From the NCBI RefSeq assembly GCF_036321535.1, contig NC_087438.1, positions 436,001-500,000 on the forward strand: DNA of 64,000 nucleotides, given 5' to 3'. A program made the translations under genes and the position numbers. This document shows, one piece after another, positions 47,077-60,220 of the stretch. Source of the DNA: Camelus dromedarius. Lineage: Eukaryota. Each line of letters starts with the position of its first letter. The first letter of the stretch is position 1. The notes under the pieces were generated by a model. The model searched no databases, was not told where the DNA came from, and saw only the letters and a list, made by a program, of their open reading frames with translations.

Positions 47077-49008
47077 CTGCAAACATGGGACGACGGCATG
47101 GGCCCAGCCTGGCCTGCACTTCCGGTCCACAGCGTGGGCCTCACTGTCACCATGCACCCCGAGTGGAGCCGGGCACGGGGAGAGCCTGGAGGCCGGGCGG
47201 CACAGCCCACGATGGGGTGGGCGGCGGCCGCAGCACCATGTCGCATCTAAGCCTCCGGACACAGAGGCGCCGCTCTCCTGTCCTGAGCAGGAGGAAGCAG
47301 GGCGGTGAGCAGAGGAGGCCCTGCAGACACCAGGCAGGCACAGGCCCGCCTGGGCGAGCTGGGACCCCTAGGGGCTGGGTTGGGGGGGTCCAAGAGCCCC
47401 CAGGAGGGTGCGGCCTGCACTGGACACCGGCTCTGCTCCGCCCCGAGAACGCCTCAAACAATAGCTGGACCGGGTCTGGCGTTTCAGGTGCCTAACGGCC
47501 TGTCAGGACAGGCCCACTGCACCCAAAGGCGTGCAACCAACCTCACGCCCAACAGGTAGCCCCCGAGTCTGACCCCCGAAAAACCACAACCAGACAGGCG
47601 GAGAAGCAGGGATGTGCGGCCCCCCCAGGAAGGAACCTCGCAAACGAGATGTGGGGACAGCACCGGGGACACGTGCCACGTGTTCAAAAAGGCAGAGGAC
47701 ACGTGACGAGGTGAGACGGGGAAGGTGCAGGAAAGCCAGCGGGAGTGGTGTCTGCAGGGGCCCCGGGGGCTGAGCTGGTCACCGTGGAAGGCAGGCCCCG
47801 GGCCTGCAGGCCACCGCACGGGGCAAGCAGCAAAGCAGAGAGAAAAAGGCCTGAGGCAAATGGGCAGAGTCAGGGGCCCAGCGGATGAAGAGACGACAGC
47901 CAAACCCCCACATCTGACAGAAGCCACAGCCCTCCGGGTCCGACAAGCTCAGCACAATCCAAGAAGAGCAAACCAGGAGAGCAGACCGGGGCCCGCACGA
48001 CCCAAGCTTCCGGAGACGAGTGGTCAAGAGGAAGACTCAGACGCAGCCCGAGAAAAGGCAGAGTCGGTGAGAAGGCACAGCCGGCCCAAGAGGGGCCTCC
48101 CACCTGCGCGACTGAGGGGCGGGCTGTGGCCAACCGCCGTGCAGCCCATGTGCGCTGTGCCAGTCACCCGCTGGCACCCCCCGCGTCTGGGCTCGGGGCA
48201 GGCCAGGCAGGCGGCGCACCCGCGGACTCCCACCAACCCACCCCGCAGCCTGTGTTCTCCACTATTGTAGCCGTGGCCGTGACTACGTGCCGAGTCCCGG
48301 GGAGTCACCAAAGCTGGGGTGGTCCCTGGTCAGCTGGGAATATAGGAGACGACAGGTGGTGACTGGAACCCCACTGGGCCAGTAGCTGCACTGAGCACGG
48401 AAGGTCCAAACACTCCCACCCACAGGCGGAGGCTGTCAGGCTGGGTGGTGGCAGGACATGGCCTGTGCCTTCTGAAACGGTCTCACGGACGCCCTGCTGA
48501 CCGAGGGCGGTCCTCCAACCCCAGCCTCAGTGACCTCTGGGGCTGCCCTGGGGCCTGAGAGTGTTCAGCAACATCTCCGGCTTCTCCCCAGTTGACGCCA
48601 GAAGCTCCAGATCCCATGTGACCCCAAAGATGTCTCCAGACAGGCTGTCGGGGAGACCACTGCGGCAGCACACAGCGTGTCCAGCAGGCCTGGGGGGAGG
48701 AAGCTGCAGCATGAAAACCCCTGGTCCCCAGGAGTGGGGTGGCTGTGCCAGTGGTGGGCGAGGGGGTCTACGGGGAGCATAGAGGCACCTCCCCCGAGGG
48801 GGTCGGCCAGGGACCACACACAACCGTGCCTACGCACAATCCACTGCCCAGTGGATGAGCCCTGAGGACGGGGCCTGAGGTCCCCCGGAGCCACCGGGGA
48901 GGGTGTTTCTGAGGACGGGGGGCCAGAAGCAGGGTCGGGCAGCACCCCCACCCCCGGCTGTGCAGAAAGGCAGCACAGGGGCCGCACAGAGCACCCGGCA
49001 CAACCTAC

Positions 49009-49108
49009 CCAGACAGCCGAGCACGGAGATGTCCAGAGAGACATCCGGATACGACTTCACGGCCATGAAGTCCAGGGCGGAGCCACCGTCCCCTAGAGGG
49101 TCTCCAGC
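49009..49108 (-). CDS. BRD9: BRD9 exon, 100 nt (AGDPLGDGGSALDFMAVKSYPDVSLDISVLGCL)
   Basis: TTCTCTCTCCTGCAG acceptor, GTAGGT donor. Confidence 0.94.
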
Positions 49109-50423
49109 CTGCAGGAGAGAGAAGAAAAGGTGTTCCCAAGTCAGCAGGTAATGCGAGCAGGAAGCCCCGCACCCACAGGTAGGACAGGCCTGCGACGGCG
49201 TGTCCACGCTGGGGCGCGGGGAGGACCCACCTGTGCCCAGGGCCCTCGGGGCCTCAGCTCAGCAGCGGGCGCCTCTACCTGCATCGACCATGACGGCTGC
49301 TGCCTCTGGGGACCTACGGGCGCTGAGGGAACCGGGGGGGACACGAGACCTGAAGGGCCCGGGCTCTTCTTCAGGAGCCCCCCAGCAGGCGCGGCGGATT
49401 CCAAACCAGCACATTCCCTCCTTCTTTTGTCCGGAGGGTGCGCATCCCTCCAGAGGGTGCACTCTGTGGCTGACCGCGCTCCTGGCCCTCGGCATACCCC
49501 TCTCCTCTCTGGAAGCCCTCCCCAACACCCACTCCCGCTCCACGCCACTCAGGACGGCCGTCTTCTCCGCCACACACACGATCTCCCACCCCGGTGTGCT
49601 GCTCTCAGGACGTTAGGATCTTACAGTTGACATGCTGCTAAGTTCGGAGTGAGTCTTCGAGGGGCCGTCTTCAGTACCTTAAGGGAGGGGCACCACCTCA
49701 CCCTGAGGCCCTCAGTTCTGTCAAGTCACACACATTCGTGCTTCTGCTGAACCCTAAGTCACTGCTGGGAAGTTCTTGTCGAATGACAGTGCCCTCCCCG
49801 CGTGACACGGAAGAGCAAACAAGCCCGCACGTCACGACACACACTTAAGGCCACAGGCCTGCCCTCCAGCCCTCTCCTGAGGCTCCACGTCAGACAGGCC
49901 CTCTCCGGCCTGCACAGTGGGGACAGGGGTCCACTGCCACCCAGCAAGTCACAGGAACCGCGAAGGAGGGAGTGGAGGCTTCGGCTACACAGCAAGGGGC
50001 ACCCGGCTGTCCTGGCCTGAGCGGCCTGGGAACTAGCTTGGTTCACTTGGTTCTTGTTCTCCCAAGAGGAACTGTCACAGTGCTGGCTCAGGCCACGGGC
50101 AAACAGGTTGAGCTCGCGTCACAGAGCCCACGATGCGCTGGGCCCCTGGGCCGACTGTCACCACCAAGTCCTACAGAACCCACCACCGCCACCGTTTCCT
50201 CACCAGAGACTGAGGCTTACAGCTACTAGCTACGCACCCAGGGCAGAGCCAAAGCCCCTGCTCCTCCGACACGGAGGCTACCACTTCACAGCTCGCCTGA
50301 CGACCCTGAAGCGTGACGCCATTGGGAGCTGGTGAAGACAATCTGGAAAACACTGGTTTGCTCACATCTTATTCGTCAGTAAAAGGGCATTCAGGTCTCC
50401 TCAGCACAACAGACAACAGCTAG

Positions 50424-50500
50424 TGTACACACAGGCACACACGTGTACACATGCACACACAGGCACATGTGTGTGCACACACACGCAGACACACACACAC
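50424..50500. repeat. CA/TG-rich microsatellite
   Basis: Imperfect (CA)n with TGTG inserts. Confidence 0.8.
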
Positions 50501-50660
50501 CCAGGCGCCCTTCAGCCTGTGCTCCCCGGCCGCCTACAGGGAAGTGCCGTGCTCACCTATTCCTTGGCCAGTTCCGCTAACCTGTCACGTGTGAGGACCT
50601 ACATCCCAAGACGCTGTTGAAAACCTATGCTTCTGAGTGTGTTAAAAATGTTACATCTAA

Positions 50661-50884
50661 CGGGGTGGGAAGGGATAGACTGGGATTTCAAAATGTAGAA
50701 CAGATAAACAAGATTATACTGTGTAGCAAAGGGAAATATATACAAGATCTTACGGTAGCTCACAGAGAAAGGAATGTGACAATGAATGTACGTTCATGTA
50801 TAACAGAAAAATTATGCTCTACACTGGAGTTTGACACAGCATTGTAAAATCATTACAAATCAGTAAAAAATGTTTAAAAAAAAA
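50661..50884 (+). mobile_element. Short 5'-truncated L1 3' end with A tail
   Basis: GGGAAGGGATAGACTGGGA...ACTGTGTAGCAAAGGGAAATATAT...TTGACACAGCATTGTAAA; TSD GTTACATCTAA (50650-50660) / GTTAAATCTAA (50885-50895). Confidence 0.85.
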
Positions 50885-50914
50885 GTTAAATCTAAAAGAA
50901 CCGTAAACATTGGG

Positions 50915-53900
50915 ATCTCAGGTCATCATGGCTGGGTGGCAGGACCACGAGCTTGCCTCTCCTCATGACTACAACAAACCACAAGTGAAAAAAGACTGGA
51001 GCCTAGCAAAAAAGATCTTCTGCAATGGAAACATAAAGAGGGAACCACAGCAGGATGGTAGGAGAGGTATGTTCACAATGTAACTAGGCCCTATATCCCT
51101 GGGGGTGGGAGACCCACAAGCTGAAACCAGTTGAGTGTAGAGGCCCTCCCACAGGCATGAGCACTCTGAGCCCCACGTCAGCTCCCCAGCCCGGGCTCTG
51201 GCACTGGGAGGAGGAGGAGCCCCCAGGACGTCTGGTTGTGAAGGCCAGGGGGCTTAGCTCCGGGAGCCCCAGGGACTGGGGGAAACAGAGGCTTCATTCC
51301 CTTGGGAAGCTCACACAGAGTCTAGTGGGCACCAGGTCCAAGGGCAGAGGCAGTGGTTTCGTAGGAACCTGGGCCAGGCCTGCCTGCTGGATCTGGAGGG
51401 TCTCCTGGGGACGTGGGGGACGGCTGCAGCTCACTTAAGGGGACACAGAAGCTGGTGGCAGGCATTCTGGGAATGTTCATCTCCATGAGCTTTCCTGGAG
51501 GCTGACATCGTGATTGGATCATTGGCACCAAGACCTAGACCCACCCAACAGCCTGTAGGGAAGCCTCAGGCCAAACGTACTGGGTGGGAGCACAGCCCCA
51601 CCCGTCAGCAGACCTCCTGAGCCACAAAGGCCACTAGACGCGGCCCTACCCACCAGAGGTCCAGGACCAAGCTCCACCCAGCAGTGAGCAGGCCCCAGCT
51701 CCTCCTGCCAGGAACCCTGCATAAGCCTCTAGTCCAGCCTCACCCACTAGGGGAAGATACTAGAAATAAGAAAACAATAATCCCAAAGCCACAAACACAG
51801 GCCAGACTCTACACTGGGACCAGCTGGACCCTGGCCCTCGGATGACAAAAGAGGAGTGCACTGCTGGGACGCACAGGCTGTCTCCCACAGAGGGCCACCT
51901 CTCCAAGCTCAAGAAATGTAACTAACCTACCTAAAAATACAAATAGAAAGATAGACAATATGAGGCAGCAGAGGAATATCTCCCAGGCCAAGGTACAAGA
52001 TAAAATCCCAGAAAAAGAAATAAGCGATGAGGAGACAGGCAATTTATCTGAGAATGAGTTTACAGGAATGATGGCAAAGATGTTCAGAGAACTCAAGAGG
52101 AGACAAAGAAGGACACTACACAATGCTTAAGGGGTCAATCCAAGAAGATGTGACAACTGTAAATATATATGCACCCAACACAGGAGCACCTCAGTATACA
52201 CGGCAATTGTTAACAGACATAAAAGGAGAAATAGGCAGTAATGCAGTGATAGTGCGGGACCTTAACACGCTACTCACATCAACAGACAGATCAGCCAGGC
52301 AGAAAATCAGTAAGGAAATAGAGGCCATAAATGACAATTTGGCCAGATGGACTTAACTGATAATGTATATAGCATTCCATCTGAAAGCAGAATACACCTT
52401 CTTTTCAAGTGTACACAGAACATTCTTCAGAATTGACCACATGCTGGTCCACAAAGCCAGCCTCAGCAAGTTTAACAAAACTGAAATCATACCAAGCATA
52501 TTTTCTGACCACAATTCTACGAGGTTAGAAATCAATTACAAGAAAGAAAAACTGCCCAAACTGCAAACACGTGGAGGCTAAACAATACGCTACCAAACAA
52601 CCAGTGGACCACGGAAGAAATCAAAGAGGAACTCAAAAATACCTTGAGACAAATGAAAACAAAACACAATGATCCAAGACCTCTGGGATGCAGCAAAAGC
52701 AGTTCTCAGAGGGAAGCTTACAGCGACACAAGCCCACCTCAGGAAACAAGAAAAAGCTCAGGTAAACCACCTAGCCTTACACCTAAAGCCGCTGGAGAAA
52801 GAAGAATAAACAAACCCCAAAGTCAGTAGAAGAAAAGAAATCATAAAGATAAGAGCAGAAATAAATGAAATAGAAACTGAAAAAAAAATAGAAAAGATCA
52901 ATGAAACTAAAAGCTGGTTCTTCAAAAAGAAACAAAATTGATAAACCTTTAGTCAGACACATCAGGAAAAAAAGGCCTAAGAAAATAAAATCAGAAATGA
53001 AAAAGGAGAGTTACAACTGACACCACAGAAATGCAAGGGATCATAAGAGGTCACTACGAGCAACTATACACCAACAAAAAGGACGACACAGAAGAAATGG
53101 ACAACTTCTTAGAAAGGTACAATTTGCCAAGACTGAATCAGTTAGAAATAGAAACTATGAACAGACCAATTACCAGTAATGAAACTGAATCAGTAATTTA
53201 GAAATTCCCAACAAACAAAAAGTCCAGGACCATTTGGCTTCACAGGTGACTTCAACCCAACATTTAGAGAAGAGTTAACACCTATCCTTATGAAACTACT
53301 CCAAAAAACTGCAGAGGAAAGAACCCTTCAGAACTCACTCTATGAGACCATCAACATCCTGATACTAAAACTAAAGAGATCACAAAAACAGTAAATTAGA
53401 GGCCAATGTCACTGATGAATATAAATGCAAAAATCCTCAACAAAATACTAGCAAATCAACTCCAACAATGCATTAAAAGGATCGTATACCATGATCAAGT
53501 GGGATTTATTACAAGGATGCAGGGGTTTTCAATATCTGCAAATCAATCAATGCGATACACCACATTAACAATTGAAGAATAAAAACCACATGATCATCAA
53601 CAGATGCAGAAAAAGCTCTTGATAAAACTCAACATCCATTTATCCAGAAAGTGGGCACAGACAGAACACACCGCAACATAATAAAGGCCACATACGACAA
53701 ACCCACAGCTAACATCTTATCTAACAGGGAAAAGCTGAAAGTATTTCCTCTAAGATCAGAAACAAGATGAGGATGCCTACTCTCGCCACTTTTATTCAAC
53801 ATAGTTTTGGAAGTCCTAGCCATAGCAATCAGAGAAAAAAAATAAATAAAAGGAATCCAAATTGGAAACAAAGAAATAAAACTGTCACTATTTGCAGACG

Positions 53901-55721
53901 ATGATACTATACGTAGAAAACCCTAAAGAATTGACCAGAAAACTATTAGACCTCATCAATGAATATGGTAAAGTTGCAGGATACAAAATTAATATACAGA
54001 AATCAGCTGGATTTCTATACACTAACAATGAAATAGCAGAAAGGGAAATTAAGGAGACAATACCATTTACCAAAGCACTACAAAGAATAAAATACCTAGG
54101 AATAAACCTACCTGGGGAGGCAAAAGACCTGTACTCTGAAAACTGTAAGACAATGATGAAGGAAACTGCAGATGAAAGAAACAAATGGAAAGATATATCA
54201 TGTTCTTGGACTGGAAGACTCAGTATCATTAAAATGGCCACACTACCCAAGGCAATATACAGATTCAATGCAATCCTATCAAATTGCCAATGACGCTTTT
54301 CACAGAACTGGGGCAAAAGATATTAAAATTTGTATGGTAACACAAAAGACCCCAAATAGCCAAAACAATCTTGAGAAAGAGGAACGGGCCTGACTTCAGA
54401 CTATACTACAAAGCTACAGTAATCAAAACAGCATGGTACTAGCACCAAAAACAGACACACAGATCAGTGGGACAGGATATAAAAAGTCCAGAAATAAACC
54501 CACGCACTCATGGTTAACTAATTAAGGAGGCAAGAATATACAATGGAGAAAAGCGCTGCTGGGAAAACTGGACAGCTACCTGTGAAGGACTAAACTAGGA
54601 CATTCTCTAACACAATATACAAACACACACGCACACACACACACATACAAAAACAAACAAAAAACTCAAAATGGATTAAAGATTTAAATGTAAGACCAGA
54701 TACTATGAAACTCTTAGAGGAAAACATATGCAGAACACTCTTTGACATAAATCACAGCAATATTTTTTTCAAACCAGCTCCTGCAGTAATGGAAATAAAA
54801 GCACAAATAAACAAATGGCATCTAATTAAACTTACAAGCTTTTGCACAGCTAACAGTATCATCAACAAAATGAAAAGACAACTTACAGAATGGGAGAAAA
54901 TACTTCCAAATGATGTGACTGACAAAGAACTAATTTCCAATATATACAAAAAGATCATACACCTTAATATCAAAAAAACAAACAACCCATTCAAAAAATG
55001 GACAGAAGACCTAAATAGATATTTCTACAAAAAAGACATACAGATGGCCAACAGGCACATGAAAAGATATTCAATATCACTAATTATTAGAGAAATGCAA
55101 GTCAAAACTACAATGAGGTATCACTTCACACCAGCCGGAACGGCCATCATTAAAAGTCTACAAACAATAAATGTTGGAGAGGGTGTGGAGAAAAAGGAAC
55201 CCTCCTACACTGCTGGTGGGAATGTAAATTGGTGCAGCCACTATGGAGGACAGTATGGAGGTTCCTTAAAAAACTAAAAGTAGACTTACTGTATGATCCA
55301 GCAATCCCACTCCTGGGTACGTATCCAGAGGGAACTCTAATTCGAAAAGACACATGCATCCCAATGCTCACAGGAGCACTATTTACAATAGCCAAGACAT
55401 GGAAACAACCTAAATGTCCATCGACAGATGACTGGATAAAGAAGCTGTGGTATATATACAATGGAATACTATTCAGCAATAAAAAAGGATGAAATAATGT
55501 CTTTTGCAGCAACATGGATGGACCTGGGATGGTCATTCTAAGTGAAGTAAGTCAGAAAGAGAAAAATACCATATGGTATCACTTATACATGGAATCTGAA
55601 AAAAAGACACAAATAAATTTATCTACAAAACAGAAAGAGATTCACAGACACAGAGAACAAACTTACGGTTACCAGGGGGTAAAGACGGTGGGAAGGATAA
55701 ACTGGGAGTTCGAGATCTGCA
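50915..55721 (+). mobile_element. Long dead L1 (5'UTR, ORF1 stub, internally deleted, frameshifted ORF2) antisense within a BRD9 intron
   Basis: ORF1 ATG 51960 (MRQQRNISQAKVQDKIPEKE); endonuclease NIYAPNTGAP, FFRIDHML, FSDHN; RT FADD region at ~53891 frameshifted; C-terminal [16 protein letters not shown]; 3'UTR to 55721. Confidence 0.95.
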
Positions 55722-55724
55722 TCT

Positions 55725-55881
55725 CTTGGGGAGAGATGGAAATATTAGCTATGTTGATTGTGGTGGTGGTCTTGTGGGTGTATACAGCTATCAAAATTCA
55801 TCAAAGTGTACATGTGGAATATGTGTAGTTTACTGGACAGGAACCATATCACAATAAAGGTGTTAAAAGAAAAAAATAAAA
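55725..55881 (+). mobile_element. Older L1M-type 3' end with AATAAA/A tail
   Basis: GATGGAAATATTAGCTATGTTGATTGTGGTGGTGG...TCAAAATTCATCAAAGTGTACA...CAATAAAG. Confidence 0.75.
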
Positions 55882-56915
55882 GCGTCGTGAACACTACATC
55901 TGCAGGAAAGGCCTGGGAGCCGAGTGCTGACGGGACAGGCTGCTAGATGCCGTGAGGGCACAGGCGCCGCCAGCTGAGCGAGGCAGAGGCCTCAGCCTCG
56001 GCCTGTCGTGTCCACACCAGGCTGCAGCCACATGCAGGGGAAGGCCGAGTGGAGCCGAGGAGAGGGGTGGGCACGACCAAGGTGACAGGAGCTCCCTCAC
56101 TGACCCGCAGAGGCCCTGATGCTGGGCAGGGTGTGTGGATCCCGCTCAAGGCACCTGCAGCCTGTCCCAGCCCTCTGCAGACGGTGCAGGGCTGCGTCAC
56201 CCAGAGACCCCGGCAGCACCCAGGCCACCTCGCACACCTCACAGGAGACAACCACAGCACCATCCCCGGGTATCCGTGGCTCAGAGGGCCCCCATCCAGA
56301 TAAGCACCTGATGCTCTGCCCAGGGTGGGCCCGTCACCGAGGCCTGGTGACCCCGCAGCCTGGGCCTCACGCCCTGCCCAGTGTCCTGGCAACATGGGGC
56401 GTGAGCACAGCCAGGTATGGCCATGTACAAAGATGGGTGTGCCCACGTGCGCACATTACTCCAGGGCAGGAGAGGAAACTAAGGCTGGACCACAGAGGAC
56501 AGTTTCCTCAGATAGGAAGCATGTGTCCCAGGCTTGGGCAAGGCCCCAGGGCCTAGTCTCGCTCCGAGCACACGGTGCACACGCACCGGCCTGGCAGCAC
56601 CGCAGGCTGGCATCTCCGCCTGCCAGGAGAGCTGGGCGACCCCCGCACCAGAGATGAAGTGCGCTACCTGGCGCGTGGGCCGCCCCTCAAGCACCTTAAA
56701 CTCCTCTGCCCACACGTGGTACGTGGCTTCACACCCTGACCCCCAGTCATTGCAATTGGGGGTCGGGGGACCACCACATCATCTCGTCAGCAACTTCACC
56801 AGTTTCTAACTAAAGCATGAAGCTCTTCTCAAGCACCCCATCTCAAAAGCCAAACACAACCATCCTTACGGAGACCCTGACTACCAGGCTTCTACTAACT
56901 GGCCGTGTAACTCAC

Positions 56916-56954
56916 CTTCCCTTCGTCAGGAGGCTTCATCGGGACGTTTCTCCT
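56916..56954 (-). CDS. BRD9: BRD9 exon, 39 nt (RRNVPMKPPDEGK)
   Basis: TTGCTTTGCAG acceptor, AAG|GTGAGT donor; too short for the ORF track. Confidence 0.94.
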
Positions 56955-57884
56955 CTGCAAAGCAAGACAGACAAGAACAAGTTTTCTGAAACAATTTTAC
57001 AAAGAAGGACAGCCCATCACCCACCTGGCCACAGCTCTGAGCTGTCAAGTCAGATCACGTCATGCTGTGATCCCGGCAGCCCTGCGTGAGACAGTGTGAG
57101 GTCACTAACTTGGCCCACAGGGGCCTGGTTCCTGAGACCTGGGAGCTGAGGGCCCACAAGACCACCCTGGGGCGAGGAGATGGAGTGAGAGCACCCCAAC
57201 CTTGGGTCCACAGCCCTGGGTGGCATAAAACAAAAGAAAAAAATCAGACATGGTTCACTGGTCCCAGGGCAATTCAGGTAAATCACCCGGCCCGGTGGCT
57301 TAACCTGGAGGAGGATTAGCCTGGAAGGTGGCATGCATCTGACCACTACTCTGTGACCACAGCCCACTCACTGCACTGAGCTGCTGTCCTGTAACCTGGC
57401 AGGAGCCTGTCCTTAACACACCCCTGTTCTGTGAACATACCTAGAACAGTCAGCCCACATGCTTCTGTATCTGTGATCTTTTGTTCAAGATAATGTCCCT
57501 GAGCTTTGCTTGTGTTAGAAACTTCACAACTTTTAAGTAGAAAAAGTAAACACTAACACTATCTCCTCACACAAGCTCCCGCCAACGTGCACGTGTCAGT
57601 ACTGGACGTCATTTACGCGACTCTAATGTGGTTCGCGTTCAGAAAAGTGATCAGACTGGAACCTAGGAAGACGGAAGGGGGGTGTGGGCAGAAACTACAT
57701 CTGAAGAAACAAGGGCTGAAAATCTTCCAGATTTTAGGAAAACTACAAATTGATAGGCCTAAGAAGCTCGGCAAACGTCAAGCAGATCAGACACAAGGAC
57801 GCACACAGTCACGCACACAGGGACCAACTGCACCGCCAGGCAGGAAGCCAAACACTCAGGAGCAGCCAGAGCAGCGGCCGCGCC

Positions 57885-58003
57885 TCTTCTCCAAACGGCT
57901 GGAGAGCGAACACGTGGGCTTCGCGGCCCCACACCAGCTGCAGCACCTTCTCTTTTTTTTAAATCTTCAAAAAATGTAAAATTATCCTTAGCTTGTGGGC
58001 CAG
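57885..58003. mobile_element. hAT-Charlie (MER58-like) fragment
   Basis: AAAAAATGTAAAATTATCCTTAGCTTGTGGGCC. Confidence 0.45.
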
Positions 58004-58461
58004 TCTGCCAATCCTCAATCTTCACCAAAAAAGACACGTTACACGTGGGAGAGAGATAAAAGCAACTGCAGACACGTCCTCAGAAACGATGCAAGTCAGA
58101 CGTCTTTGTACGCAGAGGAAAAGACGTCCACCTGGACCTCCACGCCCGGGGAAGACGAGCTTCAAAGATGAAGGTAAAATAAAGACTTTCTTCAGATGAA
58201 GAAAACCTGAGCCAATCTGTCCTCTGAGAAACAGCAAAGGAAACTTCAAGACGAGGGACAACGACAGCGTCCGGAAGAAGCATGGCTGCACAGTGACAGG
58301 AACCCTGTGCGCCCCAGGGGCCTCAGTACTTGTCAGCTTCCTGGAAGGATATCTGACCGTTCACAGTGAAGACAAACGGTAAATGACAGCCAGCGAGGGA
58401 GGAGCCCCGACCCGCACCCAGGCTGGACGCTCCTCCCACGGGAGCGCCGGGCACAGCCCAC

Positions 58462-58573
58462 CTGCCGCAGCTGGGACAGCATCCGAGAGTGGTCTCCGCC
58501 CGTGATCTGGTCCAGGAGGTCGTCCACCATCTTCCTGCTGTAGCTCCCTGCGCCCTTCACAAACTCCTGCAGG
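58462..58573 (-). CDS. BRD9: BRD9 exon, 112 nt (LQEFVKGAGSYSRKMVDDLLDQITGGDHSRMLSQLRQ)
   Basis: CCCCCAG acceptor, CAG|GTGGGC donor. Confidence 0.96.
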
Positions 58574-59607
58574 CTGGGGGCCGCGACAAGATGGGGCCGG
58601 GGGGGGGGGTCAGGGCCCCACATGCCATCCCAGCCGTATGCCCCAGACGTCCCTCCACAGGGGAGCTTCTCCCTGAGCCACAGCCCCCCTAGATGGAGTG
58701 GTTTTGGAGAGTGGACAATAGTCTTCACCAGATTTTCAAAGTGGCCCCCGACCCAAAAAACCTATGAACATCTCGGGAAAAACCTGGTAAAAATAAACCC
58801 AAGTGAAGAAGAGTGTATTCGCACACAGATGTACCTCATGCTAACCTCACAACAGGAGCGTTTCCACACCTGTTTGTTTTGGTTTTAAAAATGCAAGTAG
58901 ACTGAGAACACAGTGTGGGGGCCACACGGGGAGGGCAAGGGAGTAAGACCCTCCCCAACACCTCTCAGAGCTGTTCCGACTTCCAAAAAACCAAACTACA
59001 ACTAACTAGAGCGTTCAGAGAGGACACGGCAGACAGGCCCTGTCCCAGCCGCGCAGCCGGGGGAAGGCTCCGAGCGGCTCCCACACAGAGGGAGGGCGGC
59101 AGCGCACCCGGGAGCAAAACCAGCCCGGGCGCCTTGGCCGGGAGCTCCTTGGACAAAGCACCCGGGGCGGCCGCTGTCCTGGGGCCACGGCTGGCGGGAG
59201 CAGGCACTGCGGTGGGGTGGGGCGGGGTCCCTGGGGCCCTTAAAGAGCCATGAGCAGGTGGCAGGCTCACAGGGAGCAGCAGGAGGACCGTGACGCCATC
59301 CTGTCCTTGGGTCTCCACTGTCACCTCTTCTCACACACAGGGCCCAGCCTGGGTTCCGCCCACTGTCAGCGAGCGGCGCACCCCGTGTGTTTCTCAGTCA
59401 CGTTCTGCACTCTTTTTAGAGTAAGATGCAGATCTAATAAGGACAGACTCCATTTCTTGAAGAGAACAGCAAGGCTGTTACTTTCCCCACAGAAATTACT
59501 GCAGCTCTGCAGGAGTGATTCACTTCTACTTTGTCACAGAAAACAATACAAAAGAGTTCCCCAGAAACGCAGTGCTACGTCTATGATCTTAATTTGACAC
59601 CTTAGCC

Positions 59608-59915
59608 GGTGAGTTGCTGAACTGTCCCCAAAACTCCCCCAGTGAAGCCCTGACCCCAAGTACCTCAGGACGTGACCACCCTTGGAGACAAACCCTCTAG
59701 GGGTGGTAAGTTAGAATGGTGTCTTTACAGGAAAGAGGTGGGGACAGGGACTCGCGGAGGGATGGCCACACCGGAACCCAGGGAAGACCGGTGCCCTCAG
59801 GCCAAGGACCAGGAGATCCAGCCCAGACCCCTAGTCTCAGACTCCAGCCTCCTGGACGGGAGATGGTGACTGTGGTCTGAGCGGCCGGCCGTGGAGCCTT
59901 GTCTTGGCGGCCTGA
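59608..59915 (+). mobile_element. MaLR solo LTR relic (MLT1-like)
   Basis: CTGAACTGTCCCCAAAACTC...GTACCTCAGGACGTGACC...TCTCAGACTCCAGCCTCC. Confidence 0.65.
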
Positions 59916-60087
59916 GCAGAGCCACCAGGGCCACCCTGTGTACGACTGTTACTACACATGCCAGTGGGTCACACACACTCTTCCTCAAGCTGCAGCCTGG
60001 GCCACCACCTTCCTGGAACCCACAAACTGGCCCGAACCACCCACAGGAAAACGGCTCCGGCCATGCTGCATGTCCGCCCCGACCCAC

Positions 60088-60220
60088 CTGAGTGCGCACT
60101 GCACACCCGTCTCGTCCCCGTAGGCTGAGTACAGCAGCTCCGCCTCGTCGGACTTCAGGTCCCCGAACACCGAGTTGTTGTGTAGGGAGAGTGCAGTGCT
60201 GGCGCTGGACAGAAACGTGA
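60088..60220 (-). CDS. BRD9: BRD9 exon, 133 nt (TFLSSASTALSLHNNSVFGDLKSDEAELLYSAYGDETGVQCAL)
   Basis: CCCCTCTCCCAG acceptor, CAG|GTGGGT donor. Confidence 0.96.

Noticed and set aside
47077..49008. Equivalent of the human BRD9 poison exon activated by SF3B1 mutation, which maps to about this intron
   Set aside because: I cannot recognise a retroviral element or a convincing cassette exon here by eye; needs alignment to the human intron.
52123..55492. L1 ORF2 fragments as a functional reverse transcriptase gene
   Set aside because: Many frameshifts and stops, including at the FADD motif, and ORF1 is mostly deleted: dead element.
57095..57528. Possible solo ERV LTR (TGTGAGG…CTTCACA termini)
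   Set aside because: No matching TSD and no family recognised; a Dfam search would decide.
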